This document shows, piece by piece, positions 17,968-26,156 of a DNA stretch of 26,156 bases. Position numbers and translations under genes: made by a program. Within the stretch, counting starts at the first letter, position 1; every line of letters starts with the position of its first letter. The notes below the pieces were generated by a model. That model was not told the origin of the DNA. It ran no database searches and was given only the letters and a program-made list of their open reading frames with translations. Location: contig BAAFSQ010000136.1 in assembly GCA_054661495.1 (NCBI GenBank), forward strand, positions 1-26,156, read 5' to 3'. The DNA comes from Zygophlyctis sp. KS116 (Eukaryota > Fungi > Chytridiomycota).

Positions 17968-20900
17968 TCAAGATTTTCCCAAAAGTTTTGGATTTACAAA
18001 CTTTCTAGCCAATGCTAGTATTTCTTCTTTTTTAATAGGATCATTACACAACTCTATTGCACTTTATGGTTAAATATTGACAAAAAAAATAAATTCTTAC
18101 ATGTTCCAGTATTTAACATTCTTTGGGTTTAATCCAAGGTTATGCCAAAGTGACTCCATTCCATATTTTACATCTTTTTTAAACATCATCTCGACAAATC
18201 TATTAGAGAGTAAATTTAACTGAAACTTACGGTAAAGGTAAACAGATTGAATCAAGATTACCAAGAATATCAAGCATATTAATGCATTTATCAAATTTTA
18301 ATGCATCAATAGAAGCTTCCAATAATTTATCAGTGAAATAAGACTCCTAGAGTTAAAGTGATTTAAAATACTCCAAGCTTGACAGGGTTTAGAAACTTAT
18401 TGTCTGGATTTGGTCGTATAATTCCATCGTTTAATCTTCCATGTATATCAGTAAATGCCTTGTTTAAAATATTTAATAAATCTCCATTTAAAATATAATT
18501 CCTAATCTTTTTACCAGAAAAAGTTTTCAAGTATCTAAACATAAATAATCAGGCTTACTCTATATGAATTAATAGTCGGCCATTAAGGTCTTGAATTGAC
18601 TCTGTCGCTTCATGAAACTTTTTGTAAAATCCTGATAATGATTCCTCAAGAGTTTCCCAGCAAAGTAGAGTCAATAAAAGATAATTCATCCATGCGAAAA
18701 AGTTTGATCGTATTTGTGTATTCTTTTTCAACATTCTGCTTCCAATATTTTCACCGCTTTGTCGTAATGCAGACTGATATAGTTTAGCAGATTCTTTTAC
18801 AATATTAGTATCTAATTTATCGATAGGAGAGAGATTTTCAAAACAAGAACGAATAAAGTTTACCAGTTGTAAAACCAACGTCTCTGAAGAGACATGTTCC
18901 GATTCTTGCTTTGATAAGCAATTCGAAACATAAGCTAGCAAACTTCCTTCAAAAGATGTGACATCTTCTGATACTTTTTTCTAATACTATTAGACATGAG
19001 TTTATATACATTTATCTGGATTTTGATCATAAATAACTCGGGCTGATTCCCAAACATGACCGATAAATCTTCAATGTATTCTAGAAAAGACTTTTCATAC
19101 TGACCCAAGAGATGTTTTTGAAATTCAAACATATTTTTGATTAATGCAATGTGAGAGTGAGTTAAAGTCTGAGGCTGTTTATATAATTTTAGCAAGTTTG
19201 CCATTGATCTTGAAAGAAAATTCTTGACTGCTTTCGGGCAGCTTTGACTTTTGATGTCCCAACAGATTACAAAGTAGGTTTCCTTGACTAAATATTCATA
19301 CGGGAAGGAATGGAAAGCTTCGGTGGGTAGCATGTTGAAATATCTTAAATAACAATAGACTAACCACAGCGCAATAAAGTGATTCATTGTAAGGGATCGA
19401 TACGCAAATGTTTGAGAAATAATCACTTTTTTCGGAATCGGACAATTCTGAAATAGCTCCTCTATGTTTGAACAAGACACAATTCTGTCAAATAAGATGA
19501 TGGCGGTTTCATATCCGTCAGTTTCTAATGCTATTCGAACAAACTGTAGCAGAACACATATCAATTTATAAGAGTCTTTTTTGTCATCTTACAGTATAAG
19601 TATTAGAAATGTTACCTTGAGCTAGTAGAGTCAGCATATGAGAAAGGATTTTTCTCCTTCCCGCAACTTCAGTCTCCCAAGAATAATATCTCCAGCAGAA
19701 ATAGAAATCATTATTCAAGAAACCAAGAGCCTGCTCAAACATTCGACGTATATCCTTTTCTTTCCCTCGTCGCACATAAAATTCCATATAAAAGTTCCAA
19801 AGACTAGATGAATACCGATCGTTCTTCAGAGCTCTAGAAAGGACATTCAGGGTCTTGTGCAGATTATTAGAAGTTCTTAATTCCAGCGAATCAAAATTCA
19901 GCGCTGGAAGTTCGAAAATACCGTATTCAATCCAGAGATTGATGTCCTTTGGAGATTTCTCCAGTTTTCTTTCGAATTCTTCTTCTGAAGGTAAAACCTC
20001 GTAGTATCTTTTCTCTGCCGGCTCTTCAGTAATGATTTTTAACAAGCCATCTAGCATGATTGGACACGACAAGGGTGGTTTGATTTGGAAATCTGATTTT
20101 TCCAAGTCAGCCAGCATACTTTCTTTTGAAACATTATTTTCTATTTTGTCTTCTTCGCCAGTCTCTTCAGATGAATTGATTATCTGTATTCTTTCAAATT
20201 CATATAAGAGTTCTATAATTTCCCTTATAGAAATGTTTGCACGCTGTATTTCCCTCAACATTCTCGAAAAAGATTTCAATTGCACAGATGAGCATAGCTC
20301 GGCAATCTTAATGATCAAATCTTTGATAAATTCATGTTCTAAAGTTTATATGAAAATAAGTACCAGAAACTTTTAAATCCTTCAAGTGTTGGCCTGTACA
20401 TTGCTTTTTAGTGCATTTTGAGTTTAAAATATCAAATCGACACAAGTTTTTCAATGGATCCAATTTAGATTCAAATGAAAGTGATTTGTCCACTGGGCTT
20501 ACCCGAAGAGATCGATATTTGTCTAATAACGATGTATACGGTTTAAATTTACTGGTAGCAATTGAGTTATCCATCGTTAACTTTCCAGAAGCAAGAACTT
20601 TTGAGGTGACTTTGACAACCCCCTGACCCATTCGCTGCGATATATCATTAACATGAGAAGAAGGAAAATTCAAATCTGTTTCATCAACTAGTATGCCATC
20701 AATAACCAGCAATGTGCGAATCGTTTGATCACTTTTAAACAAGGTGATTTCAGGGGGTTGCTTATTTTGCGCTTCAATTTTTTTCAAATAAAGAGATTCT
20801 ACATATGTCGTTATTGGATCCAAGAACTTCAAGTCAGTAATTTGAATTTGCTTCTTTTCATCCTTTAAGATTTTTGCACTACTTTGTTTTATCGAGCTTA

Positions 20901-22294
20901 AATCTTCCAAATGATCCTCATTAGATTGATTTTCGGCTAGGACCTGTTTTTCAACATCCACATTTATCTGTACCATTGAGCCACCGGTTTGATTAGAAAA
21001 CTTTATTCGCTTAGATTTATCGAAAGTCAAATCTTTATGTTCAATTAAAAGAGTCTTTGAATTTATAAAATCGGTATAAATCTCCTTTAAACCAGTTTTC
21101 AATTCAATCACTGCCATTTTCAAAGATTCCAATAGTTTATATTGCTCCTTTTTTGTCGAATTTAGCAACTTATTTTCTACCAAGAGACTATTAATATTTT
21201 GATTGTTTTTAGAGATTTCCAGCTCTATTTCCTTAATTTTATCTTGAAGACGTTCATTCTGGCATTTTAAATCCACTATTTGAGAATCATTATGCATTAT
21301 AGTATTTTTAGCATTTGATATATCATTACAGCATTTAAGAATTTCACTTTCGTTTTTTTCCATTAAACCTTCTCTTTCTACAATCTCTTTTGACAACCTT
21401 GTCAAAATCTTTTTTCGTTCTAAAACTTCTTTTGAGTCTATTGATTCCTGACGTTTATTCTTTTTTGTAGGTGAGCCTTTTGACTTTTTTGTAACAGATG
21501 GAATTTTTTGGACTTTAACTTGAGGCACTTGATCATCTGGAGTAACAGTTCCGTGACTGTGAGTATCCAAATTTCCAGAATCATTATGAACATTTTTAGA
21601 AACTGTTTTAGCATGAATTAATTTTGACAATCTTTCAATTTCCTTTTCCAATTCCAATCTTTTAATTTCATTTTTATCTAGAGATTTATCCTCTCCTATT
21701 TCATCTTCTGAAATGTCTAGAATATAATTCGCCTCTCGCTCTGGCACAAACCTTTTCTTTACATGATTATTTTGAAAAGGTTCTAGCAAATCCAGTGCAG
21801 TTAACCGTTTCTTAAAATTTTTTTTGGGTACGCTTGGCTCTTGCGGTTCATTGAGATCTTGCTTGGATTCCATTAATTCTGGTGTTTTAGGACCTAAAAT
21901 TTTAGCGATTTCATTCAAATTTTTTCTTGGATTCGGAATATAAAAAATCCAAATTTCAGAAACTTAAAAACTAAAACTTACTAGACATTCTTAAACTTTC
22001 CCCCAAATTTTCCAATAGAGTTTTTTTCTCAAAAGACTTGATCGGTTCAGTCACCTCTTCAATCGTTGGAGTAGAATCCTGAGTTTGTAGAGGCAGACAA
22101 GCCAAGACCAATGATGAATCCAATCCTAAAGAAATGATCCATTCGACAGATGCACCTTGAGACAAGAGCATTGAAATTTGACAAGATAATACAGACCACA
22201 TTTCTTTTGAAAATGAAGACACAACTGAGAATTGATGTTCGATCGGAACCTGAGAAATGAACTGAGAGAGGAATTCAAGTTGCGAAAAATCCAT
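17968..22294 (-). CDS. ZFC3H1: ZFC3H1/Red1-like zinc-finger protein (nuclear exosome targeting, PAXT/MTREC)
   Basis: Coiled-coil N-half; zf-C3H1 motif YTSLLDKYRSLR...KLDPLKNLCRFDILNSKCTKKQCTGQH; followed by HAT/TPR repeats (PKDINLWIEY, LNVLSRALK...LWNFYMEFY, RMFEQAL). Multiple short introns; last exon ends GKS-TGA at 17968. N-terminal exon structure is less certain. Confidence 0.8.
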
Positions 22295-22384
22295 TTTTTC
22301 AAGTTTTTTTTTTCGTTTTGACAAGTTGTTGGTTCGATTCTCACAAATTCCAAGATTTTTATCTCTCAAATCAACTGTCAAGTC

Positions 22385-22424
22385 TCAAATTATAAAGTCC
22401 CAAGTTCGATTCCTGGCCGCACCA
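22385..22424 (+). other. tRNA 3'-half-like / B-box sequence in a divergent intergenic region
   Basis: GTC CCAAG TTCGATT CCTGG CCGCACC A = variable loop, T-arm (4 of 5 pairs), 7-nt acceptor strand, discriminator. The complementary 5' acceptor strand (GGTGCGG) and D-arm are absent. Confidence 0.4.
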
Positions 22425-22434
22425 AATCTGTCAA

Positions 22435-25400
22435 ATGTTTTTTATTGCCTCAAAAAGTATTAGAAATTACTTGTGGAAGCTAGTATTTACAATAGATGAT
22501 ACTATTATTCTGATTTCGGATACAATAGTAATGATGGGGAGTTTGCATGATTTGATTAAAGGATCGTTAAGTCCTTTCGGGACATTTGACTGCACAATAT
22601 TGACAGCGGCCATGGATTACAAGAGGAAATCTTTAATTTTGGCTTTAAGTGATTCTACAATCTGGAGTCTATCTATCCAGTCAAAGACTCTGATTGGGAA
22701 TTTTGAATCGCCGCATTTGATTTGTATTGATCATTTGTCAAGGGCACTGGTAGTTGTTTCGATACATGGTTTAATATCTTGGTGGAATTTAGATCGGGAT
22801 TCTATAAATGAGTCAAAGGTAATTACTAGATATACTTATTAATAGAATATGACATTCAAGGAACAAGGGATCTTATTAAATGCGACTTTTGTAGAGTCCG
22901 AGGAGTATAATTTAATCAATTGGGCGGCAGCATTGATAAGGTATTATTATTACAATTTATAGAATTCTAGAAATGGACAATTGTGGATTATGATTTATAG
23001 ATTAGATATGTTTGAATCATTGTCTAGTTTGGAATTGATTGGTAAGAAATGTGTTGGGGATTATCATCCGTTGCATTTGATTTCACTACCGGATATTCCA
23101 GGGACTTTGGCTTTAATCACGGTATACTTAACTGTGAATTAATCTTTAGGATTCAAATAATTTGTTTATAATTTCATTAAACAATTTCAAGACTGGGATT
23201 GGATGGAAAAAGGTTGAAATTCCAATATTTTCTAGGTCAATCATTAGTGATTTTGTGGCAATTTCGAATTCAAGTAAAAAAACAATTTCACAGTACTGTT
23301 ATATATCTACTGATTCCGGACAGCTATTAAAGGCTTTCATAACTGTTGTAGATTCTAGGTTTCAAGTTGAATTTACTCAATTACCAAAACTAAATCCAAT
23401 TTTAATGATTGGGTATTTAGGGAAATTTAAAGAATATGATATATTGGCTTTATTTGGGGATTTGTGTGAAGGAGCAATCGTAAAGGTTGGAAATGATGAC
23501 GTCTGCACGCTTAAAACATTATATAACACAAGTCCAGCTTTAGATTCAGTTTTAGTATCGGGAAAGACGTCTTCAAGGTTGATTTTAACTTGTGGGTCCA
23601 GGAATGGACAATTGATAGAGTATAAAAAGGGCTTACCAGTTGTGAATTTGGCATCGAGTGATAATGGTTTTGAAGGTGTAACTGGGATTTGGAGTCTTAA
23701 AAAGTCAGAGAACGACTTTCATCATTCTTTTTTGGTTATTTCATTTATTGAAGAAACTCGAGTAATGCAATTTAAAGGTATTGCGTTATATATTGATTAA
23801 TGAATAGATTCTGCTTTAATAGATGTATCTGATTCCCTAGGTCTCATGATAGACTGCCCTACTATTTATGTTAATCATGTCCATTTCAATTCAGAAACAT
23901 TTTACTGCCAAATCACAGATAGGCATGTTTTTGCTGTTAACAGTGACATCTCTATTAGATGGAGCTGCGAATCTAAAATTATCAAGGGTTTTATAGAAAA
24001 TGGAATAATTGTTGTGACTACATCGTGTCGGAGGCTATTGATTCTACAACTTATAACAAATTCTCACGGAAACTACAAAATAAATGAAATAGACCAGATT
24101 AAATTAGGTTGTGAGGTGGTTTGCATCTCTTGTATAAAAATGTCGGAAAGGTACATGATCTAATTATAATCTTAGTGGTGTTGCTGACAATATTTCAAAT
24201 ATTTTCGTGCTAGGGACTTTTAATGCTTCCCTCTATTTCATAGCTCTTGAAAAGGAAGGTGTGATAAAGGAACTTGGTCAGTATATATTCTGCGAACCAA
24301 ATTTCGACAGGAAGTCTGCTATTCCAAACTCAATGATTATTAAGAAATTGCAAAATGGTGCTTGTATGCTTCTCGTAGGTTTCAGAAACGGGACTTTGTC
24401 ATATTTAAATTTGGATATTGATGAGATCGTCAAAGGGCCCAAGTTTCTTAGTCTTTGCATTTCTGTTCTGCAGTCTACATCCCTTGGCTCTGCACCTGTA
24501 TCTGTTATTTACTCTGCTGAGAATTTCCCTATCATTGGATTTTCTGATATGACAGCCTGTTTAAGTTTGAAAAGCGATACTTTTGGTGTAAAAAACGTTC
24601 TTATTGATCAGGTAATTTTCTTTATCATGTTAAAATTAAAAGATTGGCTTTTGCACAGGCTTTATCTTTGAAGACTTATCATCATTTTCTTTCATGATCA
24701 TTTCAAAATGTGCACTGCATTCCATTAAAATTTCAACAAGCGAATCACACTCTGTACAGAGTTACCCTCAATCCGAGACCCCTCGCAGGATAATTCATGA
24801 TAGTGCTTTGGATAAATTCATCGTGGCTTCATCAAGATATGAAAACTCTTCAATATATTCTCAATTGAAACTGCTCTCATCAAACTTTGAAAGGACTCTA
24901 TGTTCTTACAGTTTTCCCAAGGGAGAAATAATAACGGAATTAAATCGTATGAATTATACTTAGTAATTTTAGGATGGGAAGCCCCAGGAAAGAATTATAT
25001 CACTATTGGAACGTGTGAATACATTGATCCGAGTGTCAACGATCTAACTTTTGCACGAGTCATCGTCTTGGGACTTAAATCAAAGCCTGTAATAATTTAA
25101 AATTTATCATTTGACAGGGGAATGATTACAAATTCAAGAAATTAGGAGAAATAGTTCTAAATGAGAAAAGTATAAATTGTATAAAGACATTACAGACAAA
25201 GTATTTTTCAAAATTTAATCCTAGTTATTTAATAGTCGGCGCTGGAAAGACACTCTACAGACTAAAAATAGAAAAAAATCAAGATACAGATGAAAGAAAA
25301 TTAACAATAGCAGAATCTACAACCGTACAATGGCCCATCGATTGCATTGATTGTTTTCCTGTTTTAGGAGGAGAACTTATCGCCATAGGCTGTCAACGGG

Positions 25401-26074
25401 AATCCATTTCGCTCTATAAGTTTTCTTCGTCATCTAAAAAACTGACTTTTCTGGCAAGCGACCGCATTTCAAGACTTCCTTCGACTGTTAAAATTATCAA
25501 TGAAACTTTAATGCTTGGAGCCGACAAATTAGGAAATATTTTCGGACTAGAATATATCTCAAGGAAGGCGCCTAGAGAGAATTCTCTAGAGTGCTGCTTG
25601 CATTACAAAACGTACGAGCCAATTGTCCAAATGTTTACTGGAGTTCTAAGTCCTAATTTCTTGATGTCTAAATCTCTTCAATCAATTTTTATAGCCAATG
25701 ATTCTGATGATGAATCTAGCGATTTAACTAATTCGGATCAATTCAATACCAATCAATTTAAAGAATTCTCTATATATGCTCTGGGACTCACAGGAACAGT
25801 CTATGAATTAAAAGCTCTGTCGTCTCTATGGTATCAGAAATTATTACTTTTGGAAAGACTTTTGCGTGACCACTTAAATCTTGGCGAATCCATTCATCAG
25901 TCTGTAATTAATATGGATATTTTAAAGAATTTTTTAAATCTGGAATTATATGATCAGTCTTTAATAGTCTCTGAATGGAACTTGAAAAATCAAGAAATGT
26001 CTACAACTGTCTCTTGTGTATTAAGTTGCATTGAATTACTGTCATCTCAAGATCAATCTTCAAAATCTTTATAA
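22435..26074 (+). CDS. MMS1/DDB1/SF3B3/CPSF160-family triple beta-propeller protein (most like the divergent MMS1-type subfamily)
   Basis: NTSPALD, LILTCG..NGQL..YKKG, FEGVTGIWSLK...HHSFLVISFIEETRV, LLVGFRNGTL, ETPRRIIH, GADKLGNIFGL, VINMDILKNFLNL. Many short introns join the listed ORFs. Exact start uncertain. Confidence 0.82.
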
Positions 26075-26156
26075 AACTATTTGATAGTCTAGAATAGATC
26101 GATGGTTATAGTAAAATTGATGTGAATTATTTCAAGAGACTCTTACATAAAATCAT

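Noticed and set aside
8853-20626. Short antisense ORFs (8853-9119, 11280-11552, 18596-18787, 20032-20376, 20411-20626)
   Set aside because: Shadows of long genes on the opposite strand with no motifs.
22350-22424. Complete tRNA gene
   Set aside because: No 5' acceptor strand, D-arm or paired anticodon stem. Kept only as a fragment.

Overview
AT-rich, very gene-dense eukaryotic DNA with tiny GT-AG introns (mostly 24-32 nt). A fungal-type Rom1/Rom2 RhoGEF next to a centriolar CEP20/FOPNL gene points to a zoosporic fungus (chytrid; inference). Housekeeping blocks are: RhoGEF, CEP20, a coiled-coil/C1q-like protein (4731-12373), and ZFC3H1/Red1 plus an MMS1/DDB1-family beta-propeller (17968-26074). 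These blocks are interleaved with three members of one plant-type LRR family that the ORF track largely misses because each LRR is its own 72-nt exon. Locus A (<1-3899, +) has 32 phase-2 introns and 27 exact 72-nt exons. Its introns and framework codons are homogenised, its concave-face codons are hypervariable, units look mosaic/copy-pasted, and it ends in a KR-preceded Cys-rich domain. Locus B (12508-14263, -) is an intact secreted protein with two LRR modules and a different, lectin/CBM67-like C-terminal domain. Locus C (16574-17442, +) is a headless, broken cassette array with the same Cys-rich C-terminal domain family as A. An intronless HNH nuclease gene and a 16-bp hairpin sit between B and C, and copies of a small TIR element lie just 3' of A and of C. 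The best candidate for a new system is a combinatorial, exon-cassette-based secreted LRR repertoire (cap / n x LRR / cap / swappable C-terminal domain).
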